37,896 nt of DNA, taken from positions 1 through 37,896 of the forward strand of contig CAMOUZ010000001.1 of assembly GCA_946626795.1 (NCBI GenBank), read 5' to 3'. Under the pieces are notes generated by a model that ran no database searches, had not been told where the DNA came from, and saw nothing but the letters and a program-made list of their open reading frames with translations. Shown piece after piece: positions 17,226 through 27,600 of this stretch (the first letter of the stretch is position 1; the number at the start of each line of letters is the position of its first letter). Position numbers and translations under genes: made by a program. This DNA comes from an uncultured Clostridia bacterium. GTDB lineage: Bacteria; Bacillota; Clostridia; Christensenellales; CAG-1252.

Positions 17226-18608
17226 ATGAGCAAGCTCTGGGCGGGACGCGCGAACGGCGCGATCAACGAGGCGGCGGAGGCTTTTAATGCGTCCATCACC
17301 TTCGACAAGCGGCTGTATCGAGAGGACATCATCGGTTCCGTCGCGCATGCCGCGATGCTGGCGAAGCAGGGGATCATCTCCGTGGAAGAGGAGAAACTCT
17401 TGATCTCCGGTCTCAGCACCATCCTCTCCGATATCGAGAGCGGGGATCTCGTCATAGACGAGAAGGCGGAGGATATCCATACCTTCGTGGAGGAGACGCT
17501 CGTGGCGCGGATCGGCGCGGTGGGGAAGAAGCTTCATACGGCGCGGAGCCGCAATGATCAAGTCGCCCTCGATATGAAAATGTATGCGCGGGACGCGGCG
17601 GACAGCTTGAAAGAGGCGGTCCTCTCCCTCGCGGCGGCGCTCACGGATAAGGCGGAGGTCTATAAGGGCACGGTGATGAGCGGCTACACCCATCTCCAAC
17701 GCGCGCAGCCCATCACCTTCGGGCAGCATTTGATGGCGTATGTCTTTATGTTCTTACGGGACGCGGCGAGGCTTTCCGACGCGCGTAAGCGCCTTAATGT
17801 ATCCCCCATCGGGGCGGCGGCGCTCGCAGGCACGACCTATGATACCGATCGCGCGTACGAAGCCATGCTTTTGAGCTTCGACGACGTGACGGAGAATAGC
17901 CTCGACTCAGTCTCGGACAGAGATTACGTCGTGGAGCTCCTCGCGGCGATCTCACTCCTCATGGTCCATCTCTCGCGCCTCTCGGAAGAGCTGGTGCTTT
18001 GGTCAAGCTTTGAATTCAAATATGTGAAAATATCCGATGATTTCACGACAGGGTCCTCCATCATGCCACAGAAAAAGAATCCCGATATGGCGGAGCTTGC
18101 GCGCGGCAAGACGGGCAGGGTCTTCGGGGATCTCATGGCGATGCTCACCGTCTTGAAAGGACTGCCGCTTGCTTATAATAAGGACATGCAAGAGGATAAA
18201 GAATGCTTCTTCGACGCGGTGGACACGGCGGAAGCCTGCCTCTCCGTCTTCATCCCGATGATCAAGAGCTTGAAGGCGAATGAGGAGAATATGCTCGCGG
18301 CGGCGAAGGGCGGCTATATCAATGCCACCGATCTTGCGGATTATCTCACGAAGAAAGGGATCCCTTTCCGCGAGGCGTATAAGCTCGTGGGCGAGATCGT
18401 GCGGGACGCCGTGACGGCGAAAAAGGCGCTCGAAGACATCGCGCTCGATGAGTATAAGAAATACAGTCCGCTTTTCGACGAGGACCTTTATGAGGCGATC
18501 TCCATCCTGAATTGCGTGAATAAGCGCACGTCCTATGGCGGCACGGCGGTCTCCTCCGTGGAGAAGCAGATTACTCTCGCACGGGAGAAGATACAAAATA
18601 TGCAATAA
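17226..18608 (+). CDS. argH: argininosuccinate lyase
   Basis: 460 aa. LWAGR start, TARSRNDQV, YTHLQRAQP and the fumarate-lyase signature GSSIMPQKKNPD. Confidence 0.95.
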   Translation: MSKLWAGRANGAINEAAEAFNASITFDKRLYREDIIGSVAHAAMLAKQGIISVEEEKLLISGLSTILSDIESGDLVIDEKAEDIHTFVEETLVARIGAVGKKLHTARSRNDQVALDMKMYARDAADSLKEAVLSLAAALTDKAEVYKGTVMSGYTHLQRAQPITFGQHLMAYVFMFLRDAARLSDARKRLNVSPIGAAALAGTTYDTDRAYEAMLLSFDDVTENSLDSVSDRDYVVELLAAISLLMVHLSRLSEELVLWSSFEFKYVKISDDFTTGSSIMPQKKNPDMAELARGKTGRVFGDLMAMLTVLKGLPLAYNKDMQEDKECFFDAVDTAEACLSVFIPMIKSLKANEENMLAAAKGGYINATDLADYLTKKGIPFREAYKLVGEIVRDAVTAKKALEDIALDEYKKYSPLFDEDLYEAISILNCVNKRTSYGGTAVSSVEKQITLAREKIQNMQ

Positions 18609-18630
18609 AACTATTCTTTCGATTCGTAAA

Positions 18631-18663
18631 AAAAGAATGCGCTCAAACAGGGCGCATTCTTTT
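18631..18663. terminator. bidirectional terminator (argH / XRE gene)
   Basis: 9-bp stem agaatgcgc / gcgcattct with a 9-nt loop, flanked by an A-run on the left and a T-run on the right. Confidence 0.8.
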
Positions 18664-18672
18664 TAAGCTTAT

Positions 18673-18882
18673 TCAATAATCTTTCAGTCCTAACAAATAA
18701 TCCGTTGAGACGCCGTAAAAAATCGCAAGCTCTGCCAGAAGGGCAAGGGGCGGCTCGCGTTGATCTTTCTCGTAATGGAGATAAGTGACGGGGTTCAAAT
18801 GGAGCTTTTTCGCGAGTTCCTTTTGCGTATAATGCTTTTCTTCGCGTAGTTCTTTCAGCCTTTTTCCGAGTAAGATATTCAT
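18673..18882 (-). CDS. XRE-family (Cro/CI-type) helix-turn-helix regulator (69 aa)
   Basis: AGGAGG lies 7 nt upstream of ATG 18882. LGKRLKELREEKHYTQKELAKKLHLNPVTYLHYEKDQREP is a classic HTH_3 pattern. Confidence 0.8.
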   Translation of the reverse strand: MNILLGKRLKELREEKHYTQKELAKKLHLNPVTYLHYEKDQREPPLALLAELAIFYGVSTDYLLGLKDY

Positions 18883-18903
18883 CTTTCCGCCTCCTAAAAA
18901 GTG

Positions 18904-18932
18904 TTGACATAGTAACATTTTGGTAGTACAAT
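18904..18932 (+). promoter_or_regulatory. promoter of the 18983 gene
   Basis: TTGACA (18904-18909), a 17-nt spacer, then TACAAT (18927-18932). Confidence 0.75.
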
Positions 18933-18942
18933 GTAACAAGAA

Positions 18943-18957
18943 CTACCAAATTGGTAG
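18943..18957. promoter_or_regulatory. 15-bp perfect palindrome CTACCAAATTGGTAG, candidate XRE operator
   Basis: The palindrome lies just downstream of the -10. A third TTGGTAG half-site lies at 18920-18926 inside the spacer. Confidence 0.5.
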
Positions 18958-18982
18958 CAGAAAACAAACGGAGGAAAAGAAA

Positions 18983-19327
18983 ATGGCAGGTTTTTTCAAA
19001 ATGTTTTTGCGCTTGAACAGTAATGTGTTCGGGATGGTGACGGGTAGTGATTTCAGAAATGGCAAATTACCTTTCGCATATCTCGGAAAAGGCGAAAAGG
19101 GAAATCGCGGTAAGCTGATGATTTACGGCGAGAAGTTGGACGATTATGTCTTCGACAAGTCCGACGTGGCGTCCGTCGTCGCCGTTGGTCAAAACGTTAC
19201 TTTCAAGTTTATGGCGAACAAGACTTATTCCGGGACGAAATACGAGATCACGTTTAACGATGGAAAGAAGGCGATCATCCAGATTCCGCAGAACGACACG
19301 CCGAAATTCGAAAACATCGTTTTCTGA
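18983..19327 (+). CDS. hypothetical protein (114 aa)
   Basis: GGAGG RBS upstream of ATG 18983, with a strong promoter and an operator upstream. No motif recognised. Confidence 0.65.
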   Translation: MAGFFKMFLRLNSNVFGMVTGSDFRNGKLPFAYLGKGEKGNRGKLMIYGEKLDDYVFDKSDVASVVAVGQNVTFKFMANKTYSGTKYEITFNDGKKAIIQIPQNDTPKFENIVF

Positions 19328-19357
19328 TAGTCGAGACAAGATAAAAGAAAGTGAAAG

Positions 19358-19397
19358 AAAACAGCCCTGCAAGCATATGCGCGTAGAGCTGTTTTTT
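19358..19397. terminator. weak bidirectional terminator
   Basis: aaaacagc ... gctgtttttt stem with a 22-nt loop, between convergent genes. Confidence 0.45.
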
Positions 19398-19422
19398 AGA
19401 AAATGTCGGAAATATGCGGCGA

Positions 19423-19893
19423 TTACAGAAATTTCTTTAAAGCTTCCACGCTTCCCGAATAGAGGGCGAGGATGTCACGGGCGAGGGTGACGCTCTCGTC
19501 GCTGACGGAAAGCGCGTTGTTATTCAGGCAGCGGGTGAGATCGGTGATGCCCATATTCGTGCCCTTGATGAGCTTTTCCGCGATGTTACTATTGCTCTTA
19601 TCGCCGAAAATGGAGAGTTTCACCATCTTTTTCTGCCATTTTTGCTTCATGCTTCCATAGACTTCGGGATCGATGTCGAGTTTCTTCATCATGTCGCTGA
19701 CGCGGCGGGTGACGGCGGCGTATTCGCCCAAAAGTTGTTTTACGTAAGCATTGAGCTCGCCGACGGCGACTTTCTCCACGACGTCGAGCGACTGCATGCC
19801 GAAGGCGGTCCCTTTCATACATTCATTGAGGAGCTCTTCCTCGTTCTCTGCGAAGATTCTTTTTTTCTCCGGTTCCAAGACGGTCGTTTCCAT
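19423..19893 (-). CDS. hypothetical helical protein (156 aa), possibly a ferritin-like four-helix bundle
   Basis: GGGAGG RBS upstream of ATG 19893. Amphipathic helical pattern. The fold assignment is a guess. Confidence 0.65.
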   Translation of the reverse strand: METTVLEPEKKRIFAENEEELLNECMKGTAFGMQSLDVVEKVAVGELNAYVKQLLGEYAAVTRRVSDMMKKLDIDPEVYGSMKQKWQKKMVKLSIFGDKSNSNIAEKLIKGTNMGITDLTRCLNNNALSVSDESVTLARDILALYSGSVEALKKFL

Positions 19894-19977
19894 AGTTTCC
19901 TCCCTTTTTATAGCTGTCTTCCTTATTATTTTGGGCGAAACGACGTTTTTTATTACGCGGACTTTTCGGAGCGTTTC

Positions 19978-20005
19978 CAAGGGGCGCCCAAGGGACTTAC
20001 AAGGG
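19978..20005 (+). promoter_or_regulatory. three CAAGGG direct repeats at exact 11-bp spacing
   Basis: Hexamers start at 19978, 19989 and 20000, in the region upstream of the 19893 gene. The shared 21-nt core is CAAGGGGCGCCCAAGGGACTT here, versus CAAGGGCGCGTCAAGGGACTT at 4937. Confidence 0.45.
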
Positions 20006-20042
20006 AAAGAAAAAGCTCTCGTCCCGAAAAAGGAGCGAGAGC
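20006..20042 (-). terminator. terminator of the lipoprotein gene
   Basis: Minus-strand hairpin of the gctctcg type with a few irregular pairs, followed by TTTTCTTT. Confidence 0.65.
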
Positions 20043-20063
20043 CGAGCGGTCTTTAACGAAAGA

Positions 20064-20429
20064 TCATTTCGTGAAAACGAAAGTATAAGAGGAGGAGTAT
20101 TTCCACGTCAGCTCGCCGTCGTTGTACGTTGCGGTCGATGTGTCTCCGTTACTTGTCGTGAAGGTCAGGACCTTGCCGTCCTTTTCCCACGTGCCGTTCG
20201 TCTTGATGGAGACCACGTTTCCGTAATTGAAGCTGAATGTGTACGTGCCGTCTTTTTTCAGGGAGAGGGAGACGGCGTCGTCGTCCATTTGTTCCGCGGA
20301 GATCGTGACGACGGAGATCGTGGCGGACTTGAATTTATAGTCGCCCACCGCCGCGTTACAAGCGTAAAGCGCCGTACAGCAGAAGCAGATAAGGAGCAGA
20401 ATGGAAAGGATCAATGCGAGTTTTTTCAT
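20064..20429 (-). CDS. small lipoprotein (121 aa)
   Basis: Signal peptide MKKLALILSILLLICFCCTALYAC with a lipobox, then a beta-rich mature part. Confidence 0.8.
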   Translation of the reverse strand: MKKLALILSILLLICFCCTALYACNAAVGDYKFKSATISVVTISAEQMDDDAVSLSLKKDGTYTFSFNYGNVVSIKTNGTWEKDGKVLTFTTSNGDTSTATYNDGELTWKYSSSYTFVFTK

Positions 20430-20487
20430 AATGTTTACCTCCGATTTTATAATTGTTTTTTGTGAAAGAAGCCCGAGAGGCTCTTTT

Positions 20488-21501
20488 TCAATCTTGTTTT
20501 TCCGCAGGCTCTTCCTTTGGACGTTCGCCTTCTTCCGCCATTTCGTCGTCCTTTTGGGATTTCTTTCGGCGGATCTTTTCCCTGGTGGCTTCGTAATGCT
20601 TTTTGATCTCTGTCACGAGCGTCTCTTCTTGGGGACGGTCTTTTTCCACGCGTTCGGGGAGAGGCTTTTTGTCATAAGGCATCACGACTTCGTCCTTGCG
20701 GTCACGCACTTCCACCTGCGCGAAGGGAATGGAGATGCCGTTCCGCTTAAACTCATTGAAAACATTCTCCATCACGTAATAGTATACGTCCCAATAGTCC
20801 TCGGAATCGCACCAGCAATTCGCAAAGAAATTCAGGCTGCTGTCCGCAAATTCTTTGAGCTTGCAGAAGGGTTCGGGATCGAGATAGATCTTGCCGTTGC
20901 TCTTCATCACGTCGAGCACGGTCTTTTTCACGAGCTCGGTGTCGGATTCGTAGGCGACGGGGAAGGTGAAGTCCACGCGGCGTTTGGGGTTCGCGCCCGC
21001 ATTTATCACGGCGTTATTCACGATGGTGGAATTCGGGATGGTGACGCGTTTATTATCGGGGGTATAAAGGGTGGTGAAAAGGAAATTGATCTCGATGATG
21101 CGCCCCGAGACATCTCCTATCTGAATGAAATCTCCCTTTTTGAACATCTTATTCGCCACGATGACGATGCCGTTCGCGACGTTCGAGATATTGTCCTTCA
21201 AAGCCATGCCGACGGCAAGGATCGCGGCGGAGAGCGCCGTCACAATGCCCGTAATCTGCACGCCGATGATCGAGAGCAGGATGAGGATGAAGACCAGCCA
21301 TAAAAGGAAGCGGATCACCGTTAGGAGGAAATTCTGCGCCACTTCTTCCATCTTCGTGCGGGCAAAGATCTTGCGCAAGCCCGTAAAGAGCAGTTTCAGC
21401 ACGATGATCCCGATGACGAGGACCGCGAAAAACTTCACGATGTTCCAGACGTTATTCGAGAAAAAATCTTTGATGGTTGTCCACAGTGCGTTCCAATCCA
21501 T
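20488..21501 (-). CDS. mscS: mechanosensitive ion channel, MscS family (337 aa)
   Basis: GAGGAGG RBS upstream of ATG 21501. TM helices followed by the conserved pore and beta-domain pattern ALSAAILAVGMALKDNISNVANGIVIVANKMFKKGDFIQIGDVSGRIIEI. Lys/Glu-rich C-terminal tail. Confidence 0.9.
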   Translation of the reverse strand: MDWNALWTTIKDFFSNNVWNIVKFFAVLVIGIIVLKLLFTGLRKIFARTKMEEVAQNFLLTVIRFLLWLVFILILLSIIGVQITGIVTALSAAILAVGMALKDNISNVANGIVIVANKMFKKGDFIQIGDVSGRIIEINFLFTTLYTPDNKRVTIPNSTIVNNAVINAGANPKRRVDFTFPVAYESDTELVKKTVLDVMKSNGKIYLDPEPFCKLKEFADSSLNFFANCWCDSEDYWDVYYYVMENVFNEFKRNGISIPFAQVEVRDRKDEVVMPYDKKPLPERVEKDRPQEETLVTEIKKHYEATREKIRRKKSQKDDEMAEEGERPKEEPAEKQD

Positions 21502-21626
21502 AACGCGCCTCCTCGGGGCTTGCCCCATTTTTATCAGCGTAACGCATCCGCGCCGAAAAGTCAAGCGAAGGTCGGAGCGAGTCTCCTTCCGCTTTCCCGC
21601 CGCGTAAGCGGGCGAGATTTAGAGTA

Positions 21627-21656
21627 TTGACAACGCCCCCGCGCGTGTTGTAATAT
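21627..21656 (+). promoter_or_regulatory. promoter of the giant lipoprotein operon
   Basis: TTGACA (21627-21632), an 18-nt spacer, then TAATAT (21651-21656). Only 6 nt separate the -10 from ATG 21663. Confidence 0.6.
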
Positions 21657-21662
21657 TATATT

Positions 21663-24600
21663 ATGCGTAAAAATAAGCTTACTTTTTCTTTCTTAATATT
21701 ATTGCTCGTCCTTTCGTTGGCGCTTTCGCTTGTCCTCTTTGCCGCGTGCAAGAAGAAGCCGGAGGAGACGGCGGATCCGAATGGGGACGTCATCGCGGTG
21801 TCCACGGCGATGGCGGTGGTGCAGAACGCCCTCCTCTCGGCGGATGGATCCAAGGATCAGAACGTTTTCTTCCTTTCTGCGACGGGGCGTTACGGCGAAG
21901 GCGACGACGTCTATGATCTCGCGATCCGCGGCGCTTTCGACATCACGGCGGTGAATGTGGAGGATGACACTCGCACGGAGTTTCTCCTCGAAGTCAAGAA
22001 AGAGACTTCTTCCGTCTTCCGCATGTATTATCGCGAAGGGGATCTTTATGTCGATTATCCCCCTTATCTGAATCGCGCCAAGATCTCGGACGTGGAGCTC
22101 GCGGCGATCGTATCCGAGCTTTATTTCGAGAAGGAAAACGGCGCTTTGAAGTCCGTCATCGACCTTATCCCCACCATCGGAAGCCGCATTTTCAGCGGCT
22201 GTAAGTATTATGCGAATAGCGAGACGGGCGAGTCCCGTTATGTTTTCTCGCTTTCCTATGCGCTTTTGTTCGATTCGCTCGCCGAGCTCTTGGAGAGCGC
22301 GGACATCGGCGTTTCCGCGTCGGAATTCCTTTCCGCCTTGCATATCACGAATGCGGCTGCCGCGGCGCTCCGCGAAGGAAGCGCGGCTACGGTGGAGTTT
22401 TATCTTGTAAACGGCGCTTTCGTTTCGGCGAAGGCGGAGGGCGGAAGCAAGGCGATCGAATGGACGTCTTTCTCCCTTTCCAAAAATGTCGTCACGATGG
22501 ATCTCCCCGCCGCTTTCGAGAATTATAAGGAAGCGGATCTTCGCAATTTCGCCTTAAACGGCACGGCGAGGATCTCTTTCACGCGGGAAGAGGGGGACAT
22601 CGAGCTGAATTACGGCATTGCGGCGAACCGTCTCTTCACCGAGTTCGGACATGATTTCACCTATGCCGTCACGACGCATTACGTCGCGGGGAGCGGGCTC
22701 GAAGGCTCGCTGGTCCTCACGGAGATTACGGAAGAAGCGGAGAAAAAGCGACTGTCTTTTGTCTTAAAGGGAGGATATCTTTATGCGGATCTTTCTTCTT
22801 TCGGCGTCGGCAAGTGCAAGATCGCGAGAGAAGAGCTGGAAAGGCGCCTCGGGATTTTGGGCTTGACCGATACGGGCGAATATACTTTCAAAGATAAGTT
22901 GCGCGTCGCCGCGCTTCTTTCCGGCGGCGTAACGAAGACGGGAGACACCGTCACTTGCGTTTTCGGCAAGGATCTTTTCGATCTGCTCGCGAAGAAATTC
23001 GGCTTCCTCGGCGTCTTCGGCGTGCAGGGAGCCACCGTCTCTTGGAGCGTTGCGGATCACGCGCTTTCCGCGCTCTCCGCGGAGATCTCTTTCCCCGACG
23101 CGGTGCTCTCTTTCTCGGACGAGAGTTTCTCCTTCGCCACGTTGCCGGAGGGGGCGGAGATTCTGCTTCCCGCCGACGCGGACGATTACGCGGATCTCGC
23201 GGAGAATGAGGCTACGCGCCTTTCTCTCGCAGGGAGGGTCTCCACGCAGTCCGCGTTTTCGAGCGCGGGCGAGATGCTCACCGTGCTTCTCTCCTCTCTT
23301 TCGGGAGAGTCTTTGAGCTTTACCGTGGATGGAAATGAGCTCGCTTATGAAGCGGACTTCCTTTTCGCCAAAGACGGCGCGCTCGATCGGGCGATCATCC
23401 ATCTCGGCAAAGGCAGCGTGGACTCGGAAGTGGTGAAGCTTTATTACACGTCGGACGATCCCACCGCCTTTTATCTCATCTATCCCGCCGTACGCGCGGT
23501 GCGCCGCGCGAAGCGTTGCGTCTTGGCGGATGAGCCGTTTGCCGCTTTCAATGCGGCGATGGGTCTCGAACGCGAAGAACAGAATAAACGCATCTATCTC
23601 GCCGCTTCGGACGATTATTTGATGCTCGGTGCGAATGCGAGCGTCGGCGCGGATCTCATCGCTTTATTGTCCTCCGTCCATTCGGGGCTGTCGAGCCGCG
23701 CGATGGCGGAGATGGCGTTCCGTCGTTTCGAGATCTCGCTTTATGCGGAGAAAAAGGTCTTGGCGGTGGTCTTCGACTCCCATCGGAGCGTCTCCGTCAC
23801 GGCGAATTCCTTTGCGATCACGCATAACGATTCTTTCGATATCACCGTCGAGGTGGAGGATATCCCCGAAGACGTGATGCTCTTGGACGACGAATTGAAG
23901 TCCATGCCGAGCGAGGCGCGCGTCACTTTCCCCGGGAAGAGCGCGTATAAAGTCTCCTTGCTGACCGAAGAGGGCGGAAGCACTTGGACCTATGAGGAAA
24001 CGCAAGTGCCGAAGGCGATCGGCGGCGCGGCGGTCACTGTGCCCGCAAGCGTTTCCCTGCTCGGAAAAACCGTGACGGGGACGATCTCGGTGGACTGCAC
24101 GGCGCCTTCGCAGTCTCGTCTCTCGGGCTCCGAGAAAGAGGAATACGCCGTCGGGTTCTATAATCAAAATAATCGCACTTTCACCTTTGCTCGCTACGGC
24201 GCGTACGATCCGCATGAGGTCGTCAATAGTTTCAAAAAAGCGGAGCTCACGATCCTCGGGTCCGCCCGTCAGGTCGAGATCTCTTCTTGGAATTTCAAAG
24301 GCACAAGCACGTCGGGCGATACGACTGAATTCGAGATCGAGCCCAGAGTGAAGACCTTCTTCGGGAATGAGATCGAGGCCGGCGTGACCTTCCGTCTGCG
24401 CTTCACCGGCGACAAGGTGGTGAGGACGGAGTACACGAAAGAATTCGTCGCCTATGACAAGCAAGATCCCATGGATCCCGAGACCTATCCCGCGACCATC
24501 GAGGCATTTACGGAGGACGGAACGCCCGTCACGGTGCCCGTCGTATGGGTTCCGAGCGCCGCTTCCGAGGTGAAGGACGCCGCCGAAGAGAAAGCTCTTT

Positions 24601-27600
24601 ACAGACTCTCGAAGACTTACACGATCGATGCGCGCATATACGATTGTTGGGACAAGCAAACGTATCTGACTTTACCTGTCTCCATTTCCTTTACGCCGAA
24701 GATCCTCTCCGTGAATTACGCGCATTTCTCCTTCGATATGTCCGAGCTCGTCGGCACGACGACTTACGACGCGACGACGCATACTTTCCTCATCGACGTT
24801 TTGCACGCGAATTCTCTTGCCACCACCGCGTGGGGGAAGATATTGCCGGGGACGTTTACCGTCGAAAATGACAGCGCGCGCTTTACGATGAGCGGCGTTA
24901 ATTGGGAATTCACAGAGGTGGCTTCCGTGGAGAACGCCGTGGGCGCTTCGGGCAAGGTGACTCTCCTCGTGGGAGATTCCATCAGCGGATATCAGCGCAA
25001 AGAATTCGATTATCGTTTTGTCCCCGCCACGGTGACGAAGACGGCGCTCCTCGACGAGGACGGCGCAGTCATCATCGAGAGCGGCGAGAGCGTTGCTTCG
25101 CTTTATCATTATGAGATCAAAGATGTGAACGTCTTTACGTATCGTTATCCCGCCTTTATCAAAGCCACGTATAACAGCGGATCGGAGACGGGGAAGGAAT
25201 ACGTTTATCGTGCGAATTGGAGCTTTGACCGCGCCTTTACGGAGACGGAGATCGCAAATGGCGGCACGTATGTAGGCACGAGTCACGTCGGAAGCGAGCC
25301 TCTCACGTTGACCTTTATCTTCGATAAAGTCCTCGTCGTGAAGACGGGCTTTGCCACGGACGGGGAGAATAAGATCGCGATCGCGGCGTCCGAGACCGAG
25401 GACGGGACGGAACTTCACGGCGGTGAGCTCATTTACGATATGAATAACGGAGAGAAGAGGCTCCTCTTCTCGGTCATGGGCGCGATGTCCTATACGGTCA
25501 GTTATCTCGAAGAAAAGAGCTATCCTTCCGAGATCTTGCTCTATCTGAATGAAGAGACGGCGACTCCCGTCTCCGTCAAGGTGGATCGCTGGGAGGGCGT
25601 CTCCGCCTTCCGCGAGAAGAAGGACGTCATCACGAGGGGCTTCCTCGACGATGTCGTCGCCGTAGTGAGAGGGCAGCGCATCACCGTACACGTTTACGTG
25701 GCGCCCGCCATCTTTTCTTACGATACGGTGTATACCGACGATACCATCGCCGTGGCGGAGACCGTGATCTTCCGTCTTCTGACGCCGAATCCGGCGAGCG
25801 AAGGCGGCTATGACGTCGTTGACGCGGGCGAAAAAGCGAATTATCCCGAGAATCTTTATATCCAAAGCTCGGGCGCGTCGACGCGCGACACCGTGATCCC
25901 CATTGTCCGTTGGGAAGGATACGAGCAATTCCGCGACCTTTATAAAACAGAGCTCAAAAAGGGCACGGCGATCGAGCGCATCAGCGGGAAAAAGATCTGT
26001 ACGGCGGTCATAGGAAACGACGTCGTCGGATATAGTAATAGAGAGATTGAGGTATATCTCGAAGCGAGCGAACTTGCGGATCTCGATGTGACGGCGATCC
26101 CGCTCTCCGAAGAGGGGACGGAGTCCATTGAGCGCATCGCGGGCGCAGGTACGCACGGCACCTTCTCCTATGCTTTCTCTTTGGAAGTGAATCCCTATTT
26201 CGTGGATCCCACCTCCCTTTATTCTTATCCGCGTTATATCACCTTTAAGGTGGGCGGACAGGACGCGAAAGTGGAAGCCGATTGGGATCTCTCCGCAGTG
26301 CCTGCGGACGCGGTCAAGACGGGCAATAGCTACACGTATCAAGGCTATGCCGGCGTGTATGGCTTCCCGATCTATGCGAGGATCGATCTCGGCGACGGCT
26401 TCGCCGCGACGCGCGCCTATCTCGAAGAAGCTTTTAAGAAAGAGGGGATGCCCGAGATGGATATCCGCATCGGCGTGGAAGTGAATATCAAAGCGAGGAA
26501 TATAGACAAAGTCTATATCAAGAACAGCGCAGGCAAATACAGCACGCAGTCCTTCCTCTATATCGACAGCTATGCGGCGTATCCTTTCGGCAAGGACGTG
26601 GACGAAAACGGGAATGCTTATCTCGACGTGAAAGTCACCTTCGCGGGCGATACGCGCCGCTATGATTTGAAGCTCCGTTATAACACCCAAGGCATCAGCC
26701 TCTCTTACGACGGCACGGGCGGCAAGACGAATGTCACCGTGGAAGTGGGGAATGAGAGCGCGGGCTATCAGCCGATCGAGGGTTACACCGTTTCCGTCAT
26801 CGAGAACGTCATCGAGCAGATCAACGTTCCCGAAGCGTATAAGCTCTCGGGGGCGGCGGATACGATTTTCTATCAAAAGAAACCCTTGGGCGAAGGCAGG
26901 TTCGAAGAGGTCTTCAACCCGATGAACGCGACGACTTTGGAGACGGTGGGACTGCCCACCGTGCTGACGATCACATCGGGCGGACAGGTCCGTACGGTGT
27001 ATGAATACAGGACCGAGTCGGCGAAGGATACGGGCGCCGTCTTCGAGTGGACCGCGGAAGGCGGACATATGGGCATCCGTCTCTGGAATGCCACGGTGGA
27101 TGCGGCGGTGCGCGGCGAGGCGCAAGAGCTTTATAACGAGAATCAGGCAAGCGGACAGTTGCCCGCAAGCGTGAATGATCTCTTCGACATCTTGTCTTAC
27201 AGGGCGACTTTCGGCGATACGGCGGAGACCTTTATTACGCCGACGAGAATCCTCGAAGAGATGAGCGCCCATTTCCTCACGACGGAAGTGGAGGCGAAAT
27301 ACCAGACGCGTTACATCGTCAGAGAGGGTGAGACCACCCCGCTCGGCGAGACCGAGACCTTGGGCGCGGGCGAATATGCTATCTGCGTGAAGGCGGTCGG
27401 ACATCCGCTTTACGGCGATACGCCCGTGAGCATCCCCTTCACGGTGGATCCGAAGGATATCACCGAGGAAGTCAGGCTCTTCCGCGGCAATCAGGAAGTG
27501 GAAAGCGGAGCGGAATTCAGCTATAACGGCGTGGACGGCTACACCTTCACGGCGAGGGTGCGCGCGGGATATCACCTCCGCGATATCGCCCTGCTCGTCA

